Source: the human T2T-CHM13v2.0 reference genome, Homo sapiens. From it: 64,000 nucleotides of DNA. The notes under the pieces were generated by a model, which was given only the letters and a program-made list of their open reading frames with translations, ran no database searches and had not been told where the DNA came from. Location: assembly GCF_009914755.1 (NCBI RefSeq), contig NC_060928.1; one strand, written 5' to 3'. The translations under genes and the position numbers were made by a program. Below are positions 1 through 14,332 of this stretch, piece by piece (within the stretch, counting starts at the first letter, position 1; each line of letters starts with the position of its first letter).

Positions 1-1196
1 TGCGTTGCAATGTGTCCACAGTTGTGTGAGTAGAGGGAAACCTTGGAAAATTCTTTGCACCTCCTCCTATAGTCTTCAGCCATCTCAGGAAACAGACTGC
101 TTTGGTCGTCATGTTTCTTCCAGGAGCAAGGTGACTTGGTTAGGAGAAATGTTGAAAATTTCCCTCAGATGGCTCCCCATAGAGATTTTGAGCGTTAAGT
201 TCTATGGTGCCCTTCTAGCCTCTAAGGAACCACTTCTGATTTTTTGGTGGGGAGGGAGGCAAGACCAATGTTTCTGCATTCTGGGCCCATAAATCCAATT
301 TTACTTTGATTGAAAATGTGTTTCTCTAAGGTATCAATGTTTACATGGTAAGACAGATGACATTTTGACCCTACATGGTATATTTCTATTCAAAGGATTT
401 TAGGATCTGTTTATTCATCAATTAGTAAAGGCAACATGTATTGACTACAAAGTTGTTGGTAACACTCAATCTATTATTTTTACAGAAAGACAATGAACTT
501 ATTTTCCCCAAGAGTGAAGTATATTAATTGCATCAAGATATATTCCCGATTACCATATCAGGACATCAAAGGAAAGCAGGTTCCTTGAATCATTACTCCC
601 CACCTCTTTCACTTCACTGACCAATCACGGAGGTTTGGATCCTAAACTTAACTTTGAACGTTTGCTGCCAGTTCCAAAGAATTTGCTAAATAGGTTTCAA
701 ATGTTCGCCCTTTGTAGGCTTGAGAATGAAGAATTAAAAGAAGAGTGATGGTTACCATTATAGTAAAAACTTGGCACAAAATAAAAAAGGGCTTTTCTTC
801 TCTCTCACTTTTTCCAGGTGCTCACCTAAAGCAATAAATATGTGGGTGATTACCCGTGGGTTTTTCCAATCCTAAGGCAGTTAAATGGCATGAACAATGT
901 GCTTTTTAAAAAGATCACTGTAAACATTTATTTCAATTCAAGGAGTATTTGTGTACTTTCTCTGGGGCAAATCCAAGAAACCTAGGAGATTCAGAAGAAA
1001 CATGAACTAGAGGCTCGCTCTCCCTGGTCATCTGTGACCACTGCACTGCCTGGCCATACTTTCCTCATTCATTCCTCCTCTATCACCTTTTTTCTTTTTT
1101 TCACTTAGCCCAGCGCAAAGCTATCTATCAACTTCTATCTGTTGGCATCTCCGAGGCTCTATCCTTTGTCTTTTCTAGCTATACTGTCTCCCTCGG

Positions 1197-1876
1197 TGTA
1201 GTACATTGACTGGTGACCCACAAAAGGATTTGTTTGTGTCCTAATTCCTGGAACCTGTGAGTGTTATTTTATTTGGGACGGAGACCTTTGCAGATGTAAT
1301 TAATTAAGGAACTTGCGCTGGAGAGGGCCTAGATTATCCAGGTGGGTTCTATCCTTGTAAGAGACACATAGGAAAGATATGATAGAAGAGTAGGAGGCAA
1401 TGTGACCACAGAGGTAGAGCTTGGAGTGATGTGGCCACAAGGGCACAAGTCAAGGATTGCTGACAGCCACCAGAAGTGGGAAGAAACAAGAAGTGAATGT
1501 TCTCCTAGTCTCCAGAGGGATGCGGCCCTGCTGACACCTTGATTTTGGATTTCTGTACTCCAGAACTGTGAATGAAAAAATGTTCTGTGGTTTTTAGCCA
1601 CTAGTTTGCAGTCATTTGTTATTTTCCATCCTGGTGGAAAATAAACAGATCTAAAAGATATTCAACATCATTAGCCATTAGAGAAATGCAAATTAAAATA
1701 ATGACAATATCACTACATACATATCAGAATTGCTAAAATAAAAATTAGTGACAACACCAAATACTAGCAAGAATATGGAGAAACTAGCTCATATTGCTGG
1801 TGAGAATGTAAAATGGTAAAATCGTAAATTGAATGTAAAATTGTAAAATTAGTTTCCTGTGGCAGGAAACTAATAT
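1197..1876 (+). mobile_element. MLT1 (MLT1B/C-like) MaLR solo LTR, split by an L1 fragment
   Basis: Motifs 'ctttgcagatgtaattaattaagg', 'gattatccaggtggg', 'ggccctgctgacaccttgattttgg...ctccagaactgtga'. The terminal 'caggaaactaatata' is displaced to 1863-1877. Confidence 0.8.
1635..1817 (+). mobile_element. Old L1M internal ORF2 fragment (no tail)
   Basis: 'aaaagatattcaacatcattagccattagagaaatgcaaattaaaa...ttgctggtgagaatgtaaaatggt' matches the L1 ORF2 C-terminal region. Confidence 0.8.
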
Positions 1877-2435
1877 ATTAGGTAAATGTATCTAATCTCT
1901 CATCTTCAAATTCCATCTCTAGGGGACTCATTAATTTAAATCTCCAATCCTGACTTCTCAGAGTACCATACTGAGACATCTAACTGCCTACTGGACATCT
2001 CCGCTTGAATATCTAATGGGCGTCTCAAACTTCATATGGCTAGGATAATTTTTTAATTTCTAACCCCTATGCTCACAAATCTCCTTGCAAGTCTTCCCTA
2101 TCAGTAAATGACATTAATGTCTCAGGCTTGGGGATTAGACCCAAGTACTCCATGGCTCCAGGAGAGAGTCTAAGCAGCATACTTGATTCTTTCCTTCTTC
2201 TTACCACCCTCCGCCTAATTCCTAGATGAATCCTCTTGGCTACCACCTTAGTTCATCATGTCTGATTGGGCTGTTATAGTCGCCTTCTAATTTCCTCCCT
2301 GCCAAAATTTCCTCTTACCTTTCTCCGCAGAAGCTAGCATAAGTTTAACTCAGTTCTTATCCCTCCATGCCTAAGATGTTCTACTAGCTTCCTATCGCCC
2401 CTAATAATATTCAAATTTCTTACCTTTGCCTGCAA

Positions 2436-2659
2436 CAGTGGTTCTCAACTGGGGGCTATTTTACCGCCCCCCCCCCCCCACCCCTCCAGGGACACTTGGC
2501 AATGTCTTCTGAAGACAATTTTGCTTGTCACTACTAGGGAGAACCTACTGGCCTCTAGTGAGTAGAGTCCAGGAATGCTGCTGAACATCTTATACTGCAC
2601 AGAATATCCCCCCGCAACAGAGAATGAGATGTCACTAGTGCCGAGGATGAGAAACCCCA
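2436..2659. mobile_element. MER20 (hAT-Charlie MITE)
   Basis: Begins 'cagtggttctcaactgggggc', ends 'gagaaacccca'. Degenerate 8-bp TSD gcctgcaa/gcctacag. Confidence 0.85.
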
Positions 2660-3709
2660 GCCTACAGATTCCACAGGAGCTGAGATCTGCCTTGTTCTGC
2701 TGCCTCATCTCCGGCTTTTCCTCTCATTCACCTCTGTCCAGACACGCTGGCTTTTATTTCATTCTTCAGACATGCTAAGCTTGCCCACCTCTCAGAGCCT
2801 TATGTTCTCACTTTGGGTTGAAACATACTTTTCCTAAATCTTTGCATCTCTGCGTCTTCATTACTCAGGTGTCCGTTCAAATAGTATCCCCTAAGAGAGG
2901 CATTCTCCAACGACCTTTACTAGAGCAGCCTCCACCCATTGCTCTATCACGTTAGTCTATTTTTAACTTCCTATATAGCTCTAATTTATCTTATATTTTT
3001 TGTGTTTATTGTTAGCATTTTCTCTCTAAATTCGTAAAGCTCTCTAAGGTCTTTCACATTCACTGCTGCCTGCCTGCATCTAGACTACTACCTGGCCCAG
3101 AGTAAGTGTTCAATAAATATTTGTCAAATCACGGACATACAAATGTAAAACAATAGAAGATAACTAAGTATTCCTAAAATGTTTGGTGCCAAGAGTGATG
3201 CAATGTATCACCAGGAAGGCAGGTTTTTTGTTTTTTATTTTTTCTAGCCCTTGTCCATTTTCAGTATATGGCTCTTTAGTGGGTGTTACCTCCATTTAAA
3301 TCTTGTCTCTACTGACAGAATGAGGCTTTGGGATGTTCAGCCCATCTTGTTGGTCAGAAAGATAAAATTTTTATCTTTGAACTTATTGTTCTGAAGACAC
3401 ACATAAGAGCAATCACCCTGTGTTCGCTTTTGCTCCCTTTCATCAGGTAGTAGATGGCTGGTAACTGATGGTTCATGTGGTTAGACTTTGAAGCATCCGC
3501 ACAGCAGCAATGGATGAATTCCTGAGAGCAGATGAGCTCACTGAGGGACTGCTTTTTGAAAAGGAGCTGTCAAAGGAAATAGAGAAAAATGATTAGAAAA
3601 GTAATAGGAAAACAAGATGAAACTAAGTCTCTGTAGCCCCAGGGTGATAGAAAATAGCCAATTTATAAAGGAAGTCTTGTTAATGCATCTTTGACATACT
3701 ATGCTTTTT

Positions 3710-4710
3710 TACTAGAGGCAGATGTGCCTTTCATTAATCAGTGAATAGCTAAAAATGTTCCTGCAAAGCAAAATATAAACCTAGCGATAACGGGTACCTA
3801 CAGAGAAGGCAAAGTTGGGAGCACCTGGAATAATATAATAATAATTAAAGTATTCAGTTCTTACTTTCTAAAAACATTAACCCTGCTAGGACATTTTCCT
3901 AATTATAAAGGGTTTTAGAATAGTCCTAAAATCCCTAATTTTTCTAACATTTTTATTAGGAGAACTTTGACTATTTTTAATAGCTCCAAAGTGTTGGAAA
4001 TAGAGATCATTTTTGTCCCCTTTCATCATGTGTTGAGTGATTGAGAAATCAGCTAGGGAGATTGGCAAAATCAAGAACTGGGAAAAGCTTCCATCTGCCC
4101 CAATCTGATCCAGTCCTGCTTCCATGTTTGGAAATGGTTCCTTGAGCTTATCCACATTTTGTTGGCAGCTCATATTTTTGGAGAATGACAAGTGCTTTTC
4201 TCCTTACCACCCATTAGCCATAATCTTGGCCTTGGGGAATGCAAACTGTCTGTAATGTTCAGAATCTGAGGGCAAGTAAGCTGAAGACCAGGTGGAATTG
4301 TGGGTGCAGCCATGATATAAGAACTATACTGCAGCCACACACAGAGCTTGCCTGGTGGTGGTATATTTTGTCCCATAATATGAAGACAGAAGGGAAGGAG
4401 AGGTCATTTTTCAAAGTAATATAGAGAATAAGAGTTAAACATATCTGAGAGTGAACTCAATTTGTATTGCATTTAATTCTAAGAAAAAGGCACTTCTATA
4501 ACACCTTTGGTGAGAGTAAATTTTTGTGCCCAAAGTCAGATACTTTCCACAAGGCACCCTAGGCAAGTGTCTATCCTATTAGATCATTACAGTGAGTATA
4601 CAGACCAGTAGTCTCTGTCCCACTGAAATGTGTTTTCATCTAGGAAAAATAAACTTTTATCATATTTGTAATTTCAAAGGTGGGTTAATTTAATAGCACA
4701 TTCATACAGG
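3710..4710 (+). repeat. Copy A of an ancient ~1-kb direct duplication (partner 14705-15700)
   Basis: Colinear similarity blocks at a near-constant offset of ~11.0 kb. The best block is 4423-4535 vs 15437-15551. Confidence 0.75.
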
Positions 4711-4881
4711 CCACCAGACTAAGAAATAATTTTACCTGACTTACTGATCTGTATTATTAGTAATTAATTGCTACTTCAATGCTGAATAAATCTGAAATAA
4801 TAAGGAAAGCTTATGATGTTTAGACTTTTTATGTATTTAGACTGGACTGAAAAACTTATTTTTAAGTCTTGCATCTTTAAC

Positions 4882-4983
4882 TTTTTTTAGAAGTTGGAGT
4901 CTTGTGATGTTGCCCAGGCTGGCCTGGAACTCCTTGGCCTTCCAAGTAGCTGAGTCTACAGGTGTGTGCCACCGTGTCCAGCT
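4882..4983 (-). mobile_element. FLAM/Alu monomer with internal deletion
   Basis: T-tract, 'gtcttgtgatgttgcccaggctggcctggaactcct', 'tacaggtgtgtgccacc'. 'catcttta' occurs on both flanks. Confidence 0.75.
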
Positions 4984-5537
4984 CACATCTTTACATTTTT
5001 TTAAAAAAATCAGATTTTATTATACTTGTTTATTTTACCAGTTGATCAAATTCTCAGGGAAATGAGGATAAACTGATTTTTAAAAATTAGTTTTAGTACA
5101 TGCTGTTATGATTTATTTCCATAGTCTATAAAACTTTAATTACAGAGGTACAATCTCAGATCCTCTGACCAAACAACTTGCATTAAGCTTTTTGCATAAA
5201 GGCCTAGGAGACTTGTTACTCATATTTAACCATTGCCTCTAGGCAAACTCATAGTAGCATGGAGGCCACAGCTGTCCTGGATACAGTCTGTCCTCGAAAT
5301 GCAATCAATCAATCAATCAACCTTCTAATCAAATACTGGCCAGGTGATGCATGGCTCTCACTGAGATGGGATTGCATCCTATTAGGACGTACATGGGTTT
5401 TGCATGAGGGGGACCACCCGTCAAGATTATCCACCAGGCTTTTCACTCCATTTAACCTAATTCTAGCATATGGAGCAGGTGCCAAGGAAGTTTTGGGGGA
5501 TAAAGATAAATAATAGATTTTTCAAAATAAGAGATGT

Positions 5538-5906
<369 letters not shown>

Positions 5907-6092
5907 TTATCTGAGAAAACCATCAGGTTTTATTTATTAGGGTGACATACTATTTCTCTCTCCCTCTCACTCTGCCTCTCTACTTCCACCTGTATCTCCA
6001 TCTTTCTCTCTCTTCTTCCCTCCCACTCTTTGATTTGATTTTTTTTCTCATTAATCTTAGGTGGTTTCCAAGGAAGAAAGTTTACGGTAAAG

Positions 6093-6260
6093 CCATTCAT
6101 TTATTTATTCAATAAATAGTAACTACTGTCTGTTAGACATTGTGCTGGAGATGTAGATGTTCTTACAAACAAGAAAACCCCTGCTATCAAGAAACTCAGT
6201 CCAAAGGACTGAAAAAAAGACAAGAAAATTAACCTTTATGTGGAATACATAGTGTGTCCC
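6093..6260 (-). mobile_element. L2 3' fragment
   Basis: 'cattcatttatttattcaataaatag...ctactgtctgttagacattgtgctgg' is the reverse complement of an L2 tail. Confidence 0.6.
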
Positions 6261-7002
6261 AGGTGTTAGCTGGGACCTCCTGGCTCGTTGAGATCTGACT
6301 GGAATCAGCACAAAGCTTCCATTTCATGTCCTTTCGAAGCCCAAAGGCTGCTCCCAAGATTTCTGTTGCATTCACAGTCAGCTCTGCTCTGACTTCCTGC
6401 TTTCTAATGTACTGTGCATCTTATAGCTGTTCCTTTATCTCTGTCTTGGCATAAACTCAAGCTTGGGAAACAACTCTTTCTCATCTATTCTCCCTCCCCT
6501 ACACCACACACAAAGCAATCATAAAAACCAAGCTGATAATATATTGCAAAAACTTGAACTGAGAGTTTTTGGGTCATGGGAGAGCACAGCAATAAACTTC
6601 AAATGACAGAGGGCACATTCCTGTTATGAGTCCATTTGCCAGCACCCCCCCACCCCAACCAGGGCCTTCTCACTGTCTGCTTTACCCCACACAGCAGCCA
6701 TATGCCTGCCAATCTTCTCATCCATCTCCCGGTTCTACTCCTCACATCATCCCTCCTGCACTGCATTCTACCCTCCTTCAAGCTCCAGCTCCAGGATGCT
6801 CTTGCTGTCTGTTGTACAGAGTAATTCTGTTCTTTTCATGCATCCCCCAAATTCAAATCCAGGCCCACTTTTTTCATACCTAAATCCATCTTGGTGCTTG
6901 GGCAAGGAGACTTTTATGTTCCAGGATCTACTGTCTAGCCTCCATAGAAGGCAATTATGGTTACACAGTATTGTTTTTTCTCCTTCTTTACTTGCACTAT
7001 GA

Positions 7003-7135
7003 TTCATTTATTCAGTCATTTGACAATATTTACTGGATGTCTGCTATGTATCAGGCACTATTATAGGTGCTGGAAATAAAACCGTGTACAAGATGGCACA
7101 GGTCCTGTCCTCATGGATTTACATTCTGGGAAGTA
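7003..7135 (-). mobile_element. L2 3' fragment
   Basis: 'ttcatttattcagtcatttgacaatatttactggatgtctgctatgtatcaggcact...gtcctcatggatttacattct'. Confidence 0.7.
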
Positions 7136-7164
7136 CGTACAAGATGATATCAAAAAGTAGAGGG

Positions 7165-7431
7165 GGCTGGGTATGGTGGCTCACATCTGTAATCTCAGCA
7201 CTTTGGGAGGCTGAGACGGGAGGATCACTTGAGCCCAGGAGTTCAAGACCCGACTGGGCAAAATATGAGGCCCTGTCACTACAAGATTTTTTTAAAAAAA
7301 AATTAGCTGGATGGAGACTGAGGTGGGAGGATTGCTTGAGCCCAGGAGGTTGAAGTTGCTGTGAGCCATAATTGCACCACTGCACTCCAGCCTGGGTGAC
7401 ACGGTGAGACCCTGTCTAAATAAATAAATAA
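7165..7431 (+). mobile_element. AluJ with ~35-bp deletion in the right arm
   Basis: 'gatcacttgagcccaggagttcaagacc'. The right arm jumps from 'ttagctggat' to 'ggagactgaggtggg'. (TAAA)n tail. Confidence 0.9.
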
Positions 7432-8354
7432 GCCCATACCTCATTCTGGGATGGGAGACTATTGTGGATTATGGAAAGCTAAGTCTGATAGGACAACCAG
7501 GATTAATCTAGGTGGATCGGAGGGACTCACGGGCAAAAGTTGGCAGCAAAATTCTCAACCATTCATTTGAGTGGATAGAAAGAAACGGGAAATAGAAAAA
7601 GTGGTTTATTTGAGAAGGCATTCATCATCGCTCCCTCTGGCTCCTATACCTCAATGCTCAAGCAATACCTTTAAAGCAGAATTGAGGTATGAGCTCTCTA
7701 GGGAGAAAGAAAAGGCAGTCTGCCTCCCCATTTTAGCTTCTGGGTAGAGACGATAGATAGAATAGGCTTGTTTGAGTTGGTTTGTCTTTCCCAGAAACCC
7801 TGGAGCACAGCTCCCCCACTTACCCTTGTAAACCCCAAGGGAGGACTTCTTCTATATAATCTTGCCTGAAGAAGGAAAGCTAGGGTATGGCAGAAGGTTT
7901 GGTCAAGATCCTAAATTGCTGTGGGATTTAGGATTGGACCCCAGGGCTGCTGCTAGTTCATATGAAGCATTTATAAAAATTTAAATTATATAGCTATGTA
8001 TCATATATATAACATATATATACACACACATACTTCTGGGATGATATAACCCAAAGCTACTGTTTTACAGGGCTTGGCAAGTGAAAGACCCCCCTCCCCT
8101 AGTTCCTCCTGTATTGGGTATTACCTGAACAAATGGTGGCCTAGTTTGTCCCAGATTGTATAGATTTTACTAATGTAGGTTGAACAGATTGATGAAGTTT
8201 TTAAAGTATCTGAATCTACTCATGTACTTGAAGAGCAGGTCAGCAGGTCCTTCCTTACAAAGCTCTGAATGATTAGTTAATAACATGGTAGTTTTTAAGG
8301 AACTGTACCTCACAGTAAGTACATCTTTTTCCTCTTTATCCAGTTACTTAAAAT

Positions 8355-8570
8355 GACAGTAATAATAGTTAACCATTATTGAGCATAATGGATATGTTCC
8401 AGACAGGCACTAAATAGTTTACAAAGATTAATTCTATGAATTCTTATAACAACCTTATAACACAGGAGTGTACTATTATTCCCTTCTAATATTTCAGAAA
8501 ACAAAGGTTTCAGTGGTTGAACTCAGCTACTGAGTTAATTTCAAGCCCATTTTACCTCCCACTCTATACT
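8355..8570 (-). mobile_element. MIR
   Basis: 'taataatagttaaccattattgagc...ttcttataacaacct...tactattattccc' MIR-like sequence. Confidence 0.65.
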
Positions 8571-11500
8571 GCCCATTTTCTTTTTTCTCTCCCACCCTCT
8601 TCTTTCTTTCCTCTACCTCTGTCTCCCTATAGGAAATAAAAGTCTGCGGAGGAACCACGTAAATATGATTTTCGTCGAGCCACCTGATAACTCTACAATT
8701 GACCTTTTAGCTCTGACATTCCCTGAGACTGAGTTTTCCAACAAACAACTTCTCTTTGTTGTTTGGGTTATGCTTAAGAGCCAGCGTTCTGAAAATCCTG
8801 GCTTCAGGTTTTCAAACTAGCAGGTTGTGCTCAGAGCCTAATCCTTGCTGGATGGTAGCACATTTCATCACACAAAAACCACAGCTCCTCTTGGTCCTTG
8901 GCCTGATGCTCTGCAGCTTCTTTGGCCAACTCAACTAAAAGTGCAGTGGGGAAGCCCCATTCATGGTAATTTCCAGAGAACCATTTGCCTCACTTGGGGA
9001 AACGGGTATAGCACAATCCCTGATAGTTTCTGGACAAAAAGGTTCCATGTTTTCCCCTATGCTTTTGGCATGTCTTGGATGATTCCCTTTGGTATGAGTC
9101 ATCTCCTTAAGAAATCATAAGATATACAGCATTTAACTAAAGTTTGTAACACCAGATTCTCTCCAGAAGGTGTTTTCCTTGATTTGGCTTTTTAATTCTT
9201 CTTGATTTGAAAAATCTTTATACCAAAAAAAAAAAAAAAAAGTCAACTTAAAACATGGACCTATCCATGCAACTTTAAACTTTATTAGAGAATGTCATAT
9301 AATGAAGACATACAGCTATTCTATAAAATGTCTAACTATGGTGAAAAAATATGTGACATTCAATGTATTAACTTTCAAATAACATAGCTTAGTGCTCTTG
9401 GTTATTGGTTTCCAAAGACTTGCTGAGCATTTCCTTGTTTGGCCTTGGAAGAATTTGCTCTGGGATTTCAGCCTGGCCCTTGACTTGCTGAAAAACCACA
9501 AGATGTAGAACAAAGAGAGCAGGCTGAGAAGCCAGTTAGTGAAAATGAAAGCAAGAGGTCCTGGCCTGAGGCTTAGTGTGTGTTCTTGAAAGAAGGAAGT
9601 TGCTGCAGGGTCAGGAGAATGTCACTGGAGGCCCTTGCACTTGCTAATGCCAATCAGACCTCATGGGCTCCAGGCAAATCAACAAAGTCTGGAGACGAAA
9701 TGTTTGAATGTAACTGTTACAGCAATGTCCTGGCTCCACAGAGATGTCTTTTCTCCCAGAGGTTACTGTTTCACCATTAACCATTTAACCATTTTCTCAG
9801 CCACTCCTGAGCTCCAGTCCACTCTCCCAACTCAGTAGGAAAAGTGAGTGACAGATTTTCTAAATTAGAGCCCAGACTTCGAAAGGTCACAGCTAAGAAA
9901 GCACCCATAGGCATTTGCCTTGCCATTTAGTAAAATTTCTGACCATGATACAGTGATGGGGCAATCTAAGAAGGAAAGGGGACTGGATTTGTGTGGGTTT
10001 GCAGAGGTTAAAAGAGCAGTGTCTTCTGGGAGTCCCTGGTGGAGGAGTGATGGGTCTTTTTTCTTTTTAAAGAACTTTAAGTATATACTGACTTGCAATG
10101 GGTAGAGCAATTTTTAAAATTTCAAATGAATGGCATAACTCCCTTGTGGAGGCCTCTCTTTTCAAAGTTAAAAACAAATTTTTGCAGAAGCAAGCTCAGA
10201 CTGATTTTTGAGCCCTCCTGCATTTTCCAGGTGGAAATTCCTTGGCCTTTGAACCCTGACTAAAACGTCAGAGATTATAAATCTAACTGCTAAGTATTAT
10301 GAAATATAGCATGGCAAAACAAAAAGGAAAACAAAACAGAACGAGAAAATCCACAGAACGAGAGGAGTGAGGAGACCACTGTCTTAGCCTCTATGTAGTT
10401 GAGCAAGTCCAGGAGTCTTTCCAGGTCAGTTAAAAGGAGGGACACGAATCATTAGTTAACCTCAAGGGGCCCTTGCAGCTCCTAAATTGTATACTCACAT
10501 AAACACAACACTCTGTCTCTGGTGGGTTACCACTGTTTTATGATATCCTACACTGTACAGCTAAGTTTTGGACCAAGTTTACAAGGTAGTGTTACTCCCT
10601 AAAACATTTTTCTGATATATTAAATTGAACTCTAAGTCCCAGAAATGCTACATAGAAATTACATTGCACTTTGTAAAAGTTGTATATGGCTCCAAAACTG
10701 CATTAGAGACTAAAAATATATTTCCAAACTCTTACATGCATGGTGTTCGTTTAAAATGGAAAATGTATTTGTAAAAAAGTACAACGTTTCTCTCCCGATG
10801 GTAATACTGGGTTTATATTATCCATTACCAGTGCTTTCACTGCCCTCTGCTGCTCTGAGGAGGTGTGGAGCGCCAGTCTTTTATATCCCATTGGAGAAGG
10901 CCAACTTTTCATTTATGGTCATGATTATTAATGTTCACTGGCATATTCCAAGTGTAATACTATCTGACTTGGAAAATCCCAACAATGAGGTAGCCAATGG
11001 CCTGAAACCAAAGAAGCACTGTGTTCCTGTGAACCAGGACTTTCTAAAGTCTTCTGGGGTTTTATTAAGTTCTGGGCGTTCTTTCTATAAGGTCACTAAT
11101 ATATGAAAATAGCTGTTATTTTGGAAGTTGATTACAAGGTTTTTTTTTTTTTTGGTAAAATATCAGTTATTGTTTAAAACATGAAAAATTAGTAGAAATG
11201 CCAACAAAAATGATTTGAGATGAGAACCTGGCCTCTTTAAAAAGTAGATTGAAGTGTAATAGAATTTCATTATGGGAATGTTCTATTGTTTGCATTTAAC
11301 TATTAGATGATTAGCATAAGGAAAATATTGAGCACTTTCATTGTTTCAATTATATTTTTCTATTATTAATTAACAGCATTAGGTAAAATTTCTGTTCATT
11401 GTCTAGGACTTCTGTTTAATAATGATAGCAAAAATTAATAATCGACATATATGAGCCTTCTTGGAAATGTACTTGTAATTTGTACTCACTTTCCACCTAG

Positions 11501-13527
11501 CAAAAGCTTTATCTGAAAGCTGTTTTATTCCTGAATTATAAATTATCAACAGATTTCATTCTCTTAACAATTATCTGTCAAATGCCTACCATGTACCAGA
11601 CATAAGCATGTAGATGAATAAACTACACTTCTACCCTAAGGTGCTCACATTTTATTCAGAACAAAATATAGATAAATAAATGTTTTATTGAGAAATTTCC
11701 AAAGGTCTTGCTATCATATGTGCCAATCAAGAGCCCCAGAAGTTTGATTGTTTCTGATCAAGATCTATGACACAGTCACTAGTGAATAACTCTGTCCCTT
11801 AGTACTCTTTAATATTCACTAAATAAAACAATAAGTTTGTATCCCTCCAATTTTTTTACTATATACCCTGTAATAACTTGATACCTCCCTTGGATAAGAT
11901 GCATGAATGCTTTTACCTTAACCACCCCACATATTATTTACAAATTTGTCTGTATATGATAGAAAGATAAATATACTTCCCATAGCAGATAACCTCATTT
12001 CATTATTATAAAGGGACTGTAGTAGAAAACTGGTCTTGCTATATCCAATTACTGCCAAAATAGAGAAAGCTACAAACACTCTAGAACCAAGGTGGGTGGA
12101 TTTGGCCTATGACCACATAGGCTTTCTAAAGGTTCCCTTCATCTCAGAAGCATTTGCACATGCAGAGAAGAAGTCCTTAGAAGAGGACTAGAACACGGTG
12201 GGTGCTTTATAACTCCTTGTCAATAAATGAATGAATAAAGTAATCAATCAAAAAGATCACTTTAGTTTTTCTCAGAGAAATGTCAACATGAGTTCCAGAG
12301 GACACAGAATCTTTTCATTTGTTTTGACCCCCAATGATACTTTGTCTCCTTAGACAGGCTTGTTGTTAGACCAACACTCTCTGGGGTGGCAAAAAGCTGG
12401 GGTCACTTTGGGACTGAGCACATTCTGGTGCTAGTGAAAGGTCCCGTGAGCACCTTCGCTCCTTCTCTCCCTCCGTGTTAAAATGCAATATGTTATTCTT
12501 TGACATGAAGATGAATATATGTTATATTTGATTTCTGAGATTTGCTCAGTGTCTTAAGTTAGCTGTTTTGGCTAATGTTTAGTAAATTACTCTAAACAAT
12601 AAGCAGATAATTATTATGTGTCTTTTAAACTGAAAACAAAGCGAACCCATGACTCTTAAGAACAAGGAGCCAGAATCCGTGGATGGTTATGTTATGCCAG
12701 TGTTTTCAAGACAGCAGAGGACTGGGCAACTATCTCAAAGGTCCCAAATGTTGAAGGCTTAGAGTAGCTCTCCTACATCCCACCATCCTTTTAGGCTTTA
12801 ACTTGAAATGATCAGTTTTACTCACAATGAAGATGCACTGGACAATGTGACTTAGACCTGAGGCTAGAATGGCACTTCCATATCTTTTAGGAATTAATGT
12901 TAATTACATTAAAGCCAATGGGTCTCCAGTGAAAGGGCAACCTGACTTATTCATTCATAGACAGCAAAGCTGGCCTGGAGAACAAAAGCTAGCTGGGCCT
13001 GCTAGGGCAGGGTTTGCCTACTTTCTGGGTCCTGAAGCACAAGTGAGCGCATCATCTGTGAACACAGTGGTCTGAGGCAGTAAGAGAAAGATCTGGCCAG
13101 CTTTTCCTTTTCAATGCAGTAACCATGGTCTCTGAAAAATAATGGCTCAATGACTCAGTCTCTCTTTAATCAAATTAGCTACTCTTCCCATGCCGAGAAG
13201 TGACAGGAGAGATCCAGAAGTGTTATGTTCTCATCCATGAGAGGGGTGGACATTCCCTCTTTTGAGAAAGTGTAAGAAGGAAAATAATGGTTTCTTCAAC
13301 ATCACATAATTCTACAGGGATAGACCTCATAGTGTGGTCCCAGTGAGCGTCATAGTACTCTACAGTGGTCTTGAACAGCTTCGTAGGCTTACATGTAGAA
13401 CTCTATTTAATCTCCACAGAAATTCTATGTAGGAGTTATCCTAACTTCTGACGAGAACTTCCTCAGAACATAAAAGAAAGAGAGGAGACAGAATAATATT
13501 TAACTATACTTATAAAAACAATTCTGA

Positions 13528-13923
<396 letters not shown>

Positions 13924-14332
13924 TCAAACTGTAAGGGCAGTTTGTCTAAACTAACTCAGAAGGGAAACGAGCAAATTTGTCTCTTAGGTGCTAGCTTTGT
14001 TTTTTCTCCATCACTTCTAGCATTGTCCTCTTAGGATTGTTGTCAGGTTTACAGAGTCAGCAAGGGTGAAACTGTTTTGCCCACTGCCTACAATTTTAAG
14101 TTATACATCTCTAAGTTTAAATCTAGTTCTGTGACCTTGGGCAAGCTACAAAAATCTCCTCAAAGTTCAGTTTACTTTTCATCACATAGTGGGTGCTTAA
14201 TAATTTCAGTGTCTTTCATTTGAAAATTGGAAACAAATTAGATATTACAGGATCAGAAATACATATTTTGTAAGCTGGCTATCCCCGCTTGCTCACCTGC
14301 TTTTTCTCCCCATTCACACCACTTTTTCACAC

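Larger units (their letters stand above)
1060..3135 (+). mobile_element. L2 (LINE2) relic, interrupted by MLT1/L1 (1197-1876) and MER20
   Basis: L2-like 'ctaactgcctactggacatctccgcttgaatatctaatgggcgtctcaaactt' (~1980-2032) and L2 3' end 'agtaagtgttcaataaatatttg' (~3100-3123). Boundaries approximate. Confidence 0.7.

Noticed and set aside
10756-11106. 116-aa ATG-initiated ORF in unique sequence
   Set aside because: No recognisable homology or splice context, and the length is within chance expectation for a 64-kb six-frame scan.
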